Source: Macrostomum lignano (taxonomy: Eukaryota). From it: a stretch of 64,000 bases of DNA. The stretch lies in contig NIVC01003150.1 of the NCBI GenBank assembly GCA_002269645.1, positions 1 through 64,000 of the forward strand, given 5' to 3'. This document shows, one piece after another, positions 32,311 through 44,829 of the stretch; positions within the stretch are counted from its first letter, which is position 1, and the number at the start of each line of letters is the position of its first letter. Both the position numbers and the translations under genes were made by a program. Below the pieces are notes generated by a model. It did no database searches, was not told where the DNA came from, and saw nothing but the letters and a program-made list of their open reading frames with translations.

Positions 32311-34684
32311 GGGGGCCTTCACAAGACCGAAATTTCACATTGTAGAAAACTTAACTCAACAAGGACTATGCATAAGGCAGGTGTCTTTCGGCGTTGTGAA
32401 ATTCGGTCTTGTGAAGGCAGGTGTCTTTCGGCGTTGTGAAATTCGGTCTTGTGAAGGCAGGTGTCTTTCGGCGTTGTGAAATTTGGTCTTTTGAAGGCAG
32501 GTGTCTTTCGGCGTTGTGTGAAATTTCGGTCTTGTTAGGCAGGTGTCTTTTGGTGTTGTGTGAAATTTCGGTCTTGTGAAGGCAGGTGTCTTTCGGCGTT
32601 GTGAAATTCGGTCTTGTGAAGGCAGGTGTCTTTTGGTGTTGTGTGAAATTTCGGTCTTGTGAAGGCAGGTGTCTTTTGGTGTTGTGTGAAATTTCGGTCT
32701 TGTGAAGGCAGGTGTCTTTTGGTGTTGTGTGAAATTTCGGTCTTGTGAAGGCAGGTGTCTTTTGGTGTTGTGTGAAATTTCGGTCTTGTGAAGGCAGGTG
32801 TCTTTCGGCGTTGTGAAATTTGGTCTTTTGAAGGCAGGTGTCTTTCGGCGTTGTGTGAAATTTCGGTCTTGTGAAGGCAGGTGTCTTTCGGCGTTGTGAA
32901 ATTCGGTTTTGTGAAGGCAGGTGTCTTTTGGTGTTGTGTGAAATTCGGTTTTGTGAAGGCAGGTGTCTTTTGGTGTTGTGTGAAATTTCGGTCTTGTGAA
33001 GGCAGGTGTCTTTCGGCGTTGTGAAATTCGGTCTTGTGAAGGCAGGTGTCTTTCGGCGTTGTGAAATTCGGTTTTGTGAAGGCAGGTGTCTTTTGGTGTT
33101 GTGTGAAATTCGGTTTTGTGAAGGCAGGTGTCTTTTGGTGTTGTGTGAAATTTCGGTCTTGTGAAGGCAGGTGTCTTTCGGTGTTGTGTGAAATTTCGGT
33201 CTTGTGAAGGCAGGTGTCTTTCGGCGTTGTGTGAAATTTCGGTCTTGTGAAGGCAGGTGTCTTTTGGCGTTGTGAAATTCGGTCTTTTGAAGGCAGGTGT
33301 CTTTCGGCATTGTGTGAAATTTCGGTCTTGTGAAGGCAGGTGTCTTTTGGCGTTGTGAAATTTCGGTCTTGTGAAGGCAGGTGTCTTTTGGTGTTGTGTG
33401 AAATTTGGTCTTGTGAAGGCAGGTGTCTTTCGGCGTTGTGAAATTCGGTCTTGTGAAGGCAGGTGTCTTTTGGTGTTGTGTGAAATTTCGGTCTTGTGAA
33501 GGCAGGTGTCTTTCGGTGTTGTGTGAAATTTGGTCTTGTGAAGGCAGGTGTCTTTCGGTGTTGTGTGAAATTTCGGTCTTGTGAAGGCAGGTGTCTTTTG
33601 GTGTTGTGTGAAATTTCGGTCTTGTGAAGGCAGGTGTCTTTCGGCGTTGTGAAATTTGGTCTTTTGAAGGCAGGTGTCTTTTGGTGTTGTGTGAAATTCG
33701 GTCTTGTGAAGGCAGGTGTCTTTTGGTGTTGTGTGAAATTTCGGTCTTGTGAAGGCAGGTGTCTTTCGGCATTGTGTGAAATTTCGGTCTTTTGAAGGCA
33801 GGTGTCTTTCGGCATTGTGTGAAATTTCGGTCTTGTGAAGGCAGGTGTCTTTTGGCGTTGTGAAATTTCGGTCTTGTGAAGGCAGGTGTCTTTTGGTGTT
33901 GTGTGAAATTTGGTCTTGTGAAGGCAGGTGTCTTTCGGCGTTGTGAAATTCGGTCTTGTGAAGGCAGGTGTCTTTTGGTGTTGTGTGAAATTTCGGTCTT
34001 GTGAAGGCAGGTGTCTTTCGGTGTTGTGTGAAATTTGGTCTTGTGAAGGCAGGTGTCTTTCGGTGTTGTGTGAAATTTCGGTCTTGTGAAGGCAGGTGTC
34101 TTTTGGTGTTGTGTGAAATTTCGGTCTTGTGAAGGCAGGTGTCTTTCGGCGTTGTGAAATTCGGTCTTGTGAAGGCAGGTGTCTTTTGGTGTTGTGTGAA
34201 ATTCGGTCTTGTGAAGGCAGGTGTCTTTTGGTGTTGTGTGAAATTTCGGTCTTGTGAAGGCAGGTGTCTTTCGGCATTGTGTGAAATTTCGGTCTTGTGA
34301 AGGCAGGTGTCTTTTGGTGTTGTGTGAAATTTGGTCTTGTGAAGGCAGGTGTCTTTCGGCGTTGTGAAATTCGGTCTTGTGAAGGCAGGTGTCTTTTGGT
34401 GTTGTGTGAAATTTCGGTCTTGTGAAGGCAGGTGTCTTTTGGTGTTGTGTGAAATTTGGTCTTGTGAAGGCAGGTGTCTTTCGGTGTTGTGTGAAATTTG
34501 GTCTTGTGAAGGCAGGTGTCTTTCGGTGTTGTGTGAAATTTCGGTCTTGTGAAGGCAGGTGTCTTTCGGTGTTGTGTGAAATTTCGGTCTTGTGAAGGCA
34601 GGTGTCTTTTGGTGTTGTGTGAAATTTCGGTCTTGTGAAGGCAGGTGTCTTTTGGTGTTGTGTGAAATTTGGTCTTGTGAAGGC
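32311..34684. repeat. ~40-43-bp satellite in a MAP2K intron, derived from a foldback-type transposon end
   Basis: Array unit TGTGAAATTTCGGTCTTGTGAAGGCAGGTGTCTTTYGGYGT; one inverted copy (GCCTTCACAAGACCGAAATTTCACA) at 32315. Confidence 0.85.
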
Positions 34685-34924
34685 AGGAACCACATGGGTC
34701 AGCCTTAAAAGCCCAGAGACTGCACATGCCCGACGATTGGAAAGGCAGGGCCACTGTACACCCTGTGAGTGTGTGCCTGCGTACGTGCTCTTGCTCAGGG
34801 ATCGGTGGAATTGGCACAACTGTTCAGGTCTCCATACTGGCTTTGGGTTGACTGTCGCCTTTGAACTATCTAACAGACAACTAGCTAACTAGCATACAGC
34901 GGCTTATTGAACTTTCACGCGCAC

Positions 34925-35493
34925 CTATGCATGACCTCAATGCTGCGTATGTAACTCAAAGCCTTCAGAACCGAATAGGCAATGTATTGCAGCACCGGAT
35001 TAGTGATTGGCATATTCACAGCCGAACTATACGCTGCCAAGTAGAACTGCCTAAGCGAGGCGTCCATCAGCTCCATCAGAATATGTATGTCGCCGTCGTG
35101 AAACATTGCCCCATAGAAGTACACAACAAACGGGCACTCGACAGTGCGCTTGAGGACGCTAATCTCGCGCTGCTGCAGCTCGTGCTCCTGCTGATCAAAG
35201 GACAGCCGGATTCGCTTCCGAGCAAACAGGCAGCCAGAGTCGCGGTGAATCACGCGGTCGACAACGCCGAATCGTCCGCTACCGAGCTCGTCCAGACTGT
35301 CAAAGTCGGTGGCTCGAGCCGTCATTGTGACGCCATCGACGCTAAATGCGGCAACATCGGCCAGACTCTGCGACTGGCTAATAGTGTCAGTCAGTTTTGC
35401 GGCCCTAGTGGCGGCCTCAATGGCCTCAGCGAAGTTTAATGGCAAGGCCAACTTTACGCCGCCAAAACGGCGGGCTGATTTGGCTGGGGAAGC
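34925..35493 (-). CDS. MAP kinase kinase (MKK3/4/6-like), first visible exon
   Basis: LGSGRFGVV, FARKRI, CPFVVYFYGAMF, ILMELMDASL, VMHR; acceptor TTCTCCAG at 35494-35495; phase-2 donor. Confidence 0.88.
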
Positions 35494-36463
35494 CTGGAGA
35501 AGATTGGGATGATTGCATTACAATACTTTTAATAGCAATGGAAGCACAGTTGAGACAAGGATAAAGTACTACTATATTATAGCTTGTAGCTACAATCCTA
35601 GGATTTCGAGATAATGTGGCTGGGATGACTATACCTTTACTTATATATCACACATTATTAAACTGAAAAGGATCAATTTTAGATTGTGTAAGACTGGAAT
35701 CCAAGCCTGCCCTCTAATAACTAGGTAATATTACTAATCAAGAGCTTTCTAACCAATAAAGATACAAATTCAAAATGTTAGTCTAACATGAACATTTTAA
35801 AGGTTTTATAATAATTTTTTAGTATTGCGCTAAAAATTTGGCATAAGAAAATCAATACATACAATAAACAATGTATTATCAATATTTGACTTATATTAAT
35901 CTAACTACCAAATATCAACAGGTATACATTCAAAGATTAGATACTAGTGTGCTACACCTACATTTATATTATATTATAGAATTGTTAGCTAATTTGCAAC
36001 TAGATATAAAGATAATTCTAATACTACTGATATTAGCAAAAAGAAAAGAACTTAGTTGATATTAGATAGATAGTTTTAATTCTTAACTTAGGTTCCATTT
36101 GAGTTGATTAGCTAGGCTTTTTTTATAATATATAGTTAAACACATATTTAATAAAACAAGCTGAACTTTATGATACTTAGTCATAACATTTATAATAAGG
36201 GTATTTAGGGTTTAAGGTTGGGTTGGGGTTCAGAGTCAGGTTTTGATACTAGGTTTTGGGTTTGGGAGGGGTATTGGGTTGGGTCAGGGTTTGGGATTAG
36301 AGCACTGGGTTTGGGGTTTGGGTCAGTTGGGTTTAGCCACTAGGTTTTTGGGTTTTAGCATAATTATTATTTTCAAGTTAGTTTTTAGCCAGTTTTGACA
36401 CTTTAGGCCTATGCAAAAAAACAATACAAAAATTTTCTATGACCTTTAGAAATATTAAGATAT

Positions 36464-37490
36464 TGTGGCAGTCGAGTGCCACTGATGAACACTTAATCAA
36501 GCAATTACGCAAAGTTGCATGCCCAAGAAACATTAATTTTTTATCCATCCAGTGAATTTCTGGCGCATCTTTTTTCCGTCAAGTGGCCGTCCAGCCACTG
36601 TTTTAGTTTCCACTGGGTGCTAAAACGCGCTCCCTTGCGGTGGATTTTGTTAAAATTTTTCTCCCTTTTCCTTTGCGGCAAGCCGTCCACCCAAAGTTTC
36701 CACGCTTTGAAACTTTGCTCCATCGGCCTGTCCAATTTAACTTCCAAACGTTGTGCATGCAATTCTCTCTCTTTATTTATAATCTGCGCATGATGAGTGG
36801 TTTCTAACCTTTCTCCCCCACCCTTCCCTTTTTGGTTTTCGACCCCCTATTTTCCTTAATCTAATTTTCGTTTTTTAAGTTTATTTAGCGCACCGGCGCC
36901 CGTGAACATCTCAGTCGTCTAAAAATCAATATTACTAATCATAAGCCTGCATTATTCTTAATAAACCAAGCCCATAAACCATTATTCCGAATCATATTTA
37001 ATCTGCTGACATAAGCCATAGCATTTATTGAGTCATTTGCCCGTGGGGCGTAAAATAACCAAGTTCTCATCTCAAAGAAAGCTCTGAGACTTATCCGTTC
37101 CATAATACGTAAATTACGGTGGTGGCAGCAACTACCCTACTGAAAGTAACCAGTTCAACACATCGACGCATTAATTTACAGAGCCAGAAATCTCCGGTGT
37201 TTCATTCCTTTGAACGACCCGAGCCGCTAAACGACCGCTCTGCTACGATTACGACTACCCTCCCCCCGGACTTGAGAACCCGGCAGTCGGAGAAAAGGAG
37301 AAGAAATTCCGTTGTGATTCATCTGCGCGATTTTTCCGGTTTTATTCGTGCGAACGCAACGCCACCGGTTTCGAAGAATTTCGGCCGACCTTCAACCCAG
37401 GAGTTTAAATCTTCTCCACCCCCACCTCACTGGTGTCAACAAATTTTCAAAACTCAGAACTTCCAAAAAATTCTTCTCCGCCCCACCTCA
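36464..37490 (+). repeat. 5' LTR (1027 bp)
   Basis: TGTGGCAG...CCCCACCTCA; differs from the 3' LTR at roughly 8-10 positions by eye. Confidence 0.96.
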
Positions 37491-37491
37491 T

Positions 37492-37509
37492 TGGTGGCAG
37501 TGGTGGGAT
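37492..37509 (+). promoter_or_regulatory. Primer binding site, tRNA-Leu type
   Basis: TGGTGGCAGTGGTGGGAT is complementary to the tRNA-Leu 3' end (..AUCCCACCACUGCCACCA), 1 nt after the LTR. Confidence 0.85.
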
Positions 37510-37558
37510 AACGAGACGCCAAAACCCTTTCAACGAGTCGTTCAAACGCTACACTACT

Positions 37559-38950
37559 ATGGCTTCAACTAATACTAATTCAACGACCGCGGACGCGACA
37601 GCCGACGCCGCGGGCCCCGACAACTCAACGACAAGACCGACCTACGACGAGATGATTCGCGCGGTGACCGAAGAGGTGCGCCGGCGACTGGAGCAGACCA
37701 GCCTGGGCCAGCCGCAACACCATCATCATGTGTACCAGCAGCCCCAGCAGCAGGATCGAGCTCCAGCGCCGAAACCGGTCAAGATTCAGCGGTATACGCA
37801 GAACCAGGAATTCGACGTCTGGATCCAGGCTCTGGAAAAGCGTTGCGAGCTCAACGGGATCACAGACGACAGATGCAAGAAGGCGGAGGTCCTCGTGAAT
37901 CTGGACATCGCCACCACCTATCCCGCAGTCGTCAGGATGGAGCTGCCAGACAATCTAACGTTTGGTGAGTTCAAACAGCGATTGTCTGAACGTTTTACGC
38001 ATGTTGCCGACACGCTGGAGTACCGGGAGCAGTTCCGAAGCTGCCAGCAAGGCAAGAACGAGAGCGTTGACGACTATGGCGATCGACTAATTGCTCTGGC
38101 CGATAGAGCATTTCCGCATTTTACCCCGGTTCAGAAGCAGGCTGAACTGGTGGATCAGTTCACAGTGGGAGTGCGGATTGCTCAGTCGGCGAGAGAACAG
38201 CTAATCCTGGTGCGACCGCAGAATCTGACCGCAGCGAGACGGGCCGTGCTACGCTTGGAGACAGCAGCTAGTCTGGCTCAGCGAGTAGCACCGCCGCCAG
38301 CAGCGAGACATGTCCGGGTCCTCGAAGATGACAATGGTCAGACGCCCACTGTGGTGCAACACGACAAGTCATCTCGGCCCGAGGAGAACTGGTTGCGTGA
38401 AGTGATGGAACAACAAGCCGAAACTCTGCAGGAGCAGCGACGCCTACTGGAGACATTGAGTAACGAGATGCGAGAATTCTACTCACGGGGATCGCGCGAC
38501 AACGACACCCCGGAGCCATTGGAGCCTCGCCACCAGCCGCGGGACTCGTGGGGCCAACGCTCCAGATGTCTGGTACCCTCGACTCCTCGCCGCAGCGCTG
38601 ACGGAAGCGCCCAATTTACGACACCCGGCACGCGAATGGTGCCACAGCAACCGTTCCATCGACTTCAGCAACCGCGAGACGGCAGCAACCCGCCGCCGAG
38701 AACGCCGCCAGCAGGAGGTCCACGTCAGCAGCAGCAGCAGCAGCAGCAGCAGCCGAGTTCAAGGCCGCCGCCTTACCAGTTGCGACGGCAGAATGCCATG
38801 TGTTACAGGTGCAATCGCGAGCATCGTGCCGATGAGTGCCCGCACCGGCGGTCGGCCAGCACCGCGTCCCAGCGCAACGGCAGCTCGGGAAACGGGACGG
38901 CTGGACGCGCCATCGGGGGCAGCGCCATCCAGCAGCCGCGCCAGCACTGA
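37559..38950 (+). CDS. Gag
   Basis: Capsid-like region (CQQGKNESVDDYGDRL...LVDQFTVG) and zinc knuckle CYRCNREHRADEC. Confidence 0.9.
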   Translation: MASTNTNSTTADATADAAGPDNSTTRPTYDEMIRAVTEEVRRRLEQTSLGQPQHHHHVYQQPQQQDRAPAPKPVKIQRYTQNQEFDVWIQALEKRCELNGITDDRCKKAEVLVNLDIATTYPAVVRMELPDNLTFGEFKQRLSERFTHVADTLEYREQFRSCQQGKNESVDDYGDRLIALADRAFPHFTPVQKQAELVDQFTVGVRIAQSAREQLILVRPQNLTAARRAVLRLETAASLAQRVAPPPAARHVRVLEDDNGQTPTVVQHDKSSRPEENWLREVMEQQAETLQEQRRLLETLSNEMREFYSRGSRDNDTPEPLEPRHQPRDSWGQRSRCLVPSTPRRSADGSAQFTTPGTRMVPQQPFHRLQQPRDGSNPPPRTPPAGGPRQQQQQQQQQPSSRPPPYQLRRQNAMCYRCNREHRADECPHRRSASTASQRNGSSGNGTAGRAIGGSAIQQPRQH

Positions 38951-41900
38951 AGTCCCCGCCGAGGACTTTAGTCGCTCAGCAGGCCACTGCTGAGACAGCC
39001 TCCGCCGCACCTGTACAGAATTCTGCACCCAAGCGACCTCGGAGAGACCCGTTTTTAACTGGTGAGATTCAAGGCCGCTATTTTGCTTTCTTGCTTGATA
39101 CCGGGTCCAAGTGTGAAGTCCTAGGATTCAGCACCTGGCACCGCCTATGTACTGACGACCCGACCCTGCGTGGCCAAATCAAGCCCTGCCTTCAGCGCAT
39201 TGTGACCTACAATGGTGAACCAATTCAGATGGCAGGAGAACTATCCATCAAAGTGAAGATTGGTAATTTTGAGCCTACAGTCAAGTTTCTGCTAGCGAAA
39301 GGATCGCATGACAACATTCTGGGCTTCGAGTTCCTGGAGAAGTACAGCACATCACTGGACCTCGCCGCCGGAATGCTGTTTTTCAAGGACGGCACTGCCG
39401 CACCACTGCGCTATACGCGAACCGAAGCTACTACGTGCAGAATCTACACGGCCGAGAGCACAACCGTGCCGCCGTTATCATCAGCCCGAATTAAAATCAA
39501 ATTAGCCAAAGGACGAGAAGAAAACCAGGGTACAACCGCCGTGATCGAGCCGCTGAAACCGGCTCGTCGCGAAGAAGATGTGCAGCACTTGGACGCCGCG
39601 CCTGCCCTGATTTCCATGGCTAATGGAGAAGGCGCTATCGAAATGATCAACCGTGGCACTACAGCCATCAAAGTGCGAGCGAATGCCCTAGTCGGGATTG
39701 CTAGACCAATCAGACTGCCCGAGCTACATTTCTTCCCGCTGCTGAAATCAGAAGACTCTGTCAATCAAATCCAAGACGAGGATCCCGATGCTTGGATTAA
39801 GGAGATCGATATCAGCGAGGATCTGTCCAGTGACCAGCGCGCTCAAGTCATCGAGCTATTGAGAAAGTACCAGACCATCTTCTCGCAGGGGCCACACGAT
39901 CTCGGCCGAACTCATCTGGTCACCCACAACATCGTACTGAAGGACAAAGATCCGGTGCATCTCCCAACGCGAAGGATCCCGCCGCACCTGCTACCCAAGG
40001 TGGACCAGTTACTCGACGATCTGCTGGCCAAAGGCGTGATTCGACCGAGCTTCTCCAGCTACAACACCCCGCTGGTGATCATCCCGAAGAAGGACGGCAG
40101 CCTAAGAATTGTACAAGATTTCCGGAGTCTGAATCAAAAGTGCGAGTATTTTCCGTACCCGATTCCTAATATTCAAGAAGCATTCGCCAGCCTCGAAGGA
40201 AGCCAGCTATTTAGTACATTCGATTTGAATAGCGGCTACTATCAGATTCCTCTGCGTCCGGAAGATCAAGACCTGACTGCCTTTGCCACGCTGCACCGCG
40301 GACAGTTCGCCTACAATGTTATGCCAATGGGGTTAAGTTCAGCTCCAGCCAGCTTCATGCGCCTCATGAACGCTGTGCTCAACGGGATTGCCTACAAAAG
40401 TGCTATCGCCTACCTGGATGACGTAATCGTCTATTCTAAGAAATTTAACGACCACCTACGGCATATGGAAAAAGTATTTAAGAGAGTCCAAGAAGCTAAT
40501 CTAAAGTTCAAAGGCAAGAAGTGCCATTTATTTCGGGCAAGCCTCCACTACCTGGGACACGTAGTAACCAAAGATGGAATCAAGACCGACCCGGCGAAAA
40601 TCGAAGCTATTCAAACCTGGCCAAGACCAAGAGTTTTGTCTGCACGTGCGCTTACTATGCTAAATTCGTACCTGGCTACGCAGAACTTGCAGCTCCGCTC
40701 CACGACCTAATCAAGGAAAAGAAGATTAGAAATTTCAATTGTCTATGGGGAAAAGCCCAGCAAGACGCGTTTGATCAGCTCAAAGCAGCCATGACTTCGA
40801 CATCAGTGCTCGCGTATCCGCAGTTCAGCGAGGATCCGGAAGTAATGTTTATCCTGGACACGGATGCTTCTGCGACCAGAATCGGAGCCTGCCTGAGCCA
40901 ACGCCAAGCTGATGGAGTAGAGCGACCAATCGGCTATTTCTCCCGGCGACTCAAACCGGCCGAAGCCCGTTATCCGATTACGAAACAGGAACTCTTGGCA
41001 GTCGTAGATGGAATGCGACACTTCAGATTCTACCTGCTGGCCAAGAAGTTCATCTGCCGAACCGATCATGCCGCATTAACCTGGATCCTGAGGCGAACTC
41101 AGCAAGAAGGAATCTTTGGACGATGGCTACAGCGCCTCAGCGAATTCGAGTTCGAGATCCAGCATCGAAAATCAAGTCAGCACCAAAACGCCGACGGCCT
41201 CTCAAGACGGCCTGAGGACGACGCTGAATGTTTGGAGGAGGCTCAGCGAGAGGCCGCCGTCGAGGACCAAAGTAAGCAGCCAGCCGCGATAACTGGCGCA
41301 GCGGCGCCGAAGGTCCACGACAGCAGCCACCCTAGTCCTCCACCGAGCAAGAAGCGACCGACCCGCCGTCACCGACTAAAGCCGCCGACGAAATCAACTG
41401 AGTCCAACGGCGAGACTACGCCGCCCGCAACACCGACAGCCGACAGCAAGCCGCTGACAGAGCTGCATCCGCCGGCGACGAAGTCGAGGCCATCTGCCAG
41501 TCGTTATTGGGACTCACAGAGGTCGCCCACCAGTTTTAGCAGCACGACATGTTGCCCGTCAAGGGGCCGCCGGCTACTAGCTGAAGGCGACGAGGATAGC
41601 GACCACAGCGCAGCCAACGAAGACCGCTGCCAACCCGCTCGCCGTCCTGTGTTCAAGAAGGTGAGATTCAGCCTTGATACCGACAGTTCCGCTGACTCAC
41701 TCTCATCTGCTGACGAATCTAATGCTGACGAAGCCGACGCTGACATGACCGACGAGGATCGGCCCTCAAATTCTTCATCGACCCGGCAACCGGCCAGAGT
41801 AGCGATTATGCGGAGGGAGCTCCAGACCCCGAACCATGCCGCCACAGCCGAAGCCGCGCCGACTAATTTGACTAACAGACGCCAAACTTTGAACTTAACT

Positions 41901-43454
41901 GATCACATCCCGAGACCAGTCACACGTGAGGAGCTCCAGACCCATCAGCGTGCTGACTCCGCCATCGCGATGATGATCAACTTAATTGAAAGTCGACAAC
42001 CGAAGCCGCCGCTGAATCAGCGATTAAATCTAACAAGAGATGAGCGAAATCTCTTAGCATTCTATGAGCAATTGGAAGTCCGAGACGACGGACTATTAGT
42101 CATCCATCTCGACGATGTTGGCGAGGAGGACAATGCGAGGATCGTCCTGCCGAAGAGTCTCGACGCCACAGTGTTTGCCGACCTGCATGGTTCGCCCTAC
42201 TGCGGACACATGGGCCGAGATCTCACCATCGCAAAGGTGCGCGAGAGGTTCTGGCGACCGGCCCTGGCCAAGGCCGTGTCCGACTATGTCGCTTCCTGCC
42301 AGACCTGCACTCAGAGTAAAGGACGGCGACGCATCCCAGCGCATGTACAATCATTTCCGGTCTGCGAAATCTATGGGCGATGTGCGATCGACATCATGGG
42401 CCCCACTGGAGACCCGACAGACCGAGGCAACAAGTACATCCTCACCTACGTCGACACGACGTCAAAGTACCCCTTCGCTTTCGCCATGAAGAATCAGCGC
42501 GCCAAGACGATAATAACTCTCCTGCAAGAACAAGTCTTCCCGATCACCGGAATCCCCGCGTGGATCCATTCGGACCAAGGCAAACAGTTCACAGGGCACG
42601 AGTTTCGACATTTCTGCGAAGTCTATGGCATCCGGCAGACAACGACGCCGCCATACTCGCCCTGGGCCAACGGTCAAGCTGAATCGTGCAACAAAGACAT
42701 CAAGAAGGTGCTCACTTGTCTTCTCGAAGATCATCAACAGTGGGACAAGATGTTGCCAGCCGCTCTGACAGCCTTGCGATCAGCTGTCAATCGTACGACG
42801 GGATTCTCGCCGCATTACGTCATCTACGGAGTGCCCTACCGGTATCCGATCGATAACACCCTAGACCGCCTGGACGTATCGCCGGACCTCCCCGAGTACA
42901 TCGCAAAGCATCAGCGTAGACTGGCCGAGACTGAAAGGATTGTGCGACAGCGATTGCGAGCTGAGATCCAACGCCGTGAAGAGTACTACGAGAACCGACC
43001 CAAGCCCGTGGAACTGCAGCGAGGAGACCTGGTTTGCCTGGCCAACCCGAAGCTCGAGTTGGGCGAGCTGCCGAAGTTTCACCGGCCGTACAAAAGCATG
43101 TACAAGGTCAACAGGAGGGTCGGCGAAGTAGCCTACTGGATCCAGCCAGCAACAGCCCGACGTGGACGCCCAGCTGAAATGCTCGTACACCGCAACAACA
43201 TCATAAAGGTGCCGCAGATGATGGCAGATCGACCGCAGGAGCCGCCGCGCCAGACAGAGCGGCCAATGTTGCCCTACGAGTCGAGCGATGAAAGCGAAGT
43301 CGAACCAGCCGATCTGCCCGCTCCAGAACAGCCAGTCGCAGCTCAGCCTGACCTGCGCGGCAGCCAATTGTTCGAGCCGAGCCTCCGCCATCCGGAAGTG
43401 CTGTCTGAAGGCGACCCGGATCTGCCTGACATCGGTATGGAGCTCGAGATCTGA
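38887..43454 (+). pseudogene. Pol (protease-RT-RNase H-integrase) in the -1 frame, frameshifted near 40625-40640
   Basis: LLDTGS, YLDDVIV, DTDASA/ELLAV/TDH, HHCC motif and IDIMG..SDQG..ESCN. The reading frame changes at WPRP. Confidence 0.92.
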
Positions 43455-44829
43455 AAAGGTAATTACCAATGAGTTTTCTGTTGCGCCAAGTTGCTAACTT
43501 CTGATGCGCATTACTATTAGTAGTTGTATTTGCGAACGCGTTCCAATTCTAATTTTGCTGTAAGCTTTCTCTGCACCTGCTCTGTGCTGAAAGCCGATTT
43601 TAATTTTCCGTTTAAATTCAATGTACTTTTCCTTATGCTTTCAGGATAAAAGCAGGCGTCGTTCCAATGTACTTTTCCTTATGCTTCAGGTTAAAAGCAG
43701 TTTCTCTTTTCCTTATGCTTTCCGGTAAAAGCAGTGCATAGTTTCCGGTGCTCATGTATAGCGTAAAACTTTGCTAATTTTATTAAATGCGAATTCATTA
43801 ATCAGCACCATGCTCTCTGTAAATTTCCTTACGCTTTGCGGTGAAAAGCACGCACCAATGCGACAATATTTAATCAACGCGTCCTCATTAAACAATGCGA
43901 TACAGTAAGATCATTGCTTCATTTTGCGTTTCCTCTTTTCATCTAAATTTTGTGCATCCCTGTTGCTGTAAGCTTCTTTGCACACGTTCAAAGTGCAGAA
44001 GTGCCCCCCCTTTCTAATGCTTTCAGGAAAGCAGTGAATTTGTACACCTTACAGTTTGATTAAACTGTAGGTATTTTAATTTTCCTTCCGGTTTGTAAGC
44101 CCACTGTCTAAGGGCCAAACTGTCTTTTGCCCGCTCAGGTCAAGCGCCCCTGTTCTAGGCCTTGTCCTCAGTGGAGGGCATTTAAGGTGACTCGACCCCT
44201 GCTCTTTGTTCGATTTTGCTCGAGCCTGGAAACGTTGTAAGGGCTGCCCAGTTGGGCTCCCCTACCCAGTGCCATTTGTGAGCCCCCCGCTCCTGTAACT
44301 CCTTATGGAGCCCCGGTCACTAAACTGTTCATTCAATATTATCTTAGTATGGAGCCCGCCAATTGCTCCTTTATTTTTTCTATCTGTTTACGCGCAATTC
44401 AGCTATCCTAACCGCCGACCTATTTTGTGTGAGCCGCTCAGGCGCCCCATTTCAATTCTTTGATTTCGGACCTCCCCCTGCCGCGCGGTTATCTGTTTTA
44501 TGGCCTTTCGTTCATTCAACCCCCCCCCCATCCGCGTATGGTGGTGGCTGGTTTCTCTGGTTGGAACACCCTTTCTCCAGCCAGTGGATAACCTTTTTGG
44601 AGTATTTAAACCGCAACTTGGCTCGGAACTGATTTTCTCAATTTGTAAATTGAATTCCTGCGCTCCTAGCTATTTGTCCTATTTGTTATTTATCTGCCAG
44701 CCAACTTGTTCATACTCCTGTATATATTTATCCACTATCCTGTATATATTTTGCTCACCATCATAATTATTTTCCCTTATTGCTTCAACTGAGAACTCTG
44801 CCCAACCGGCTATTACGGAGGACATCGTA

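Noticed and set aside
36200-36360. Telomere-like GGGTT tract
   Set aside because: Too degenerate, with no sustained TTAGGG register.
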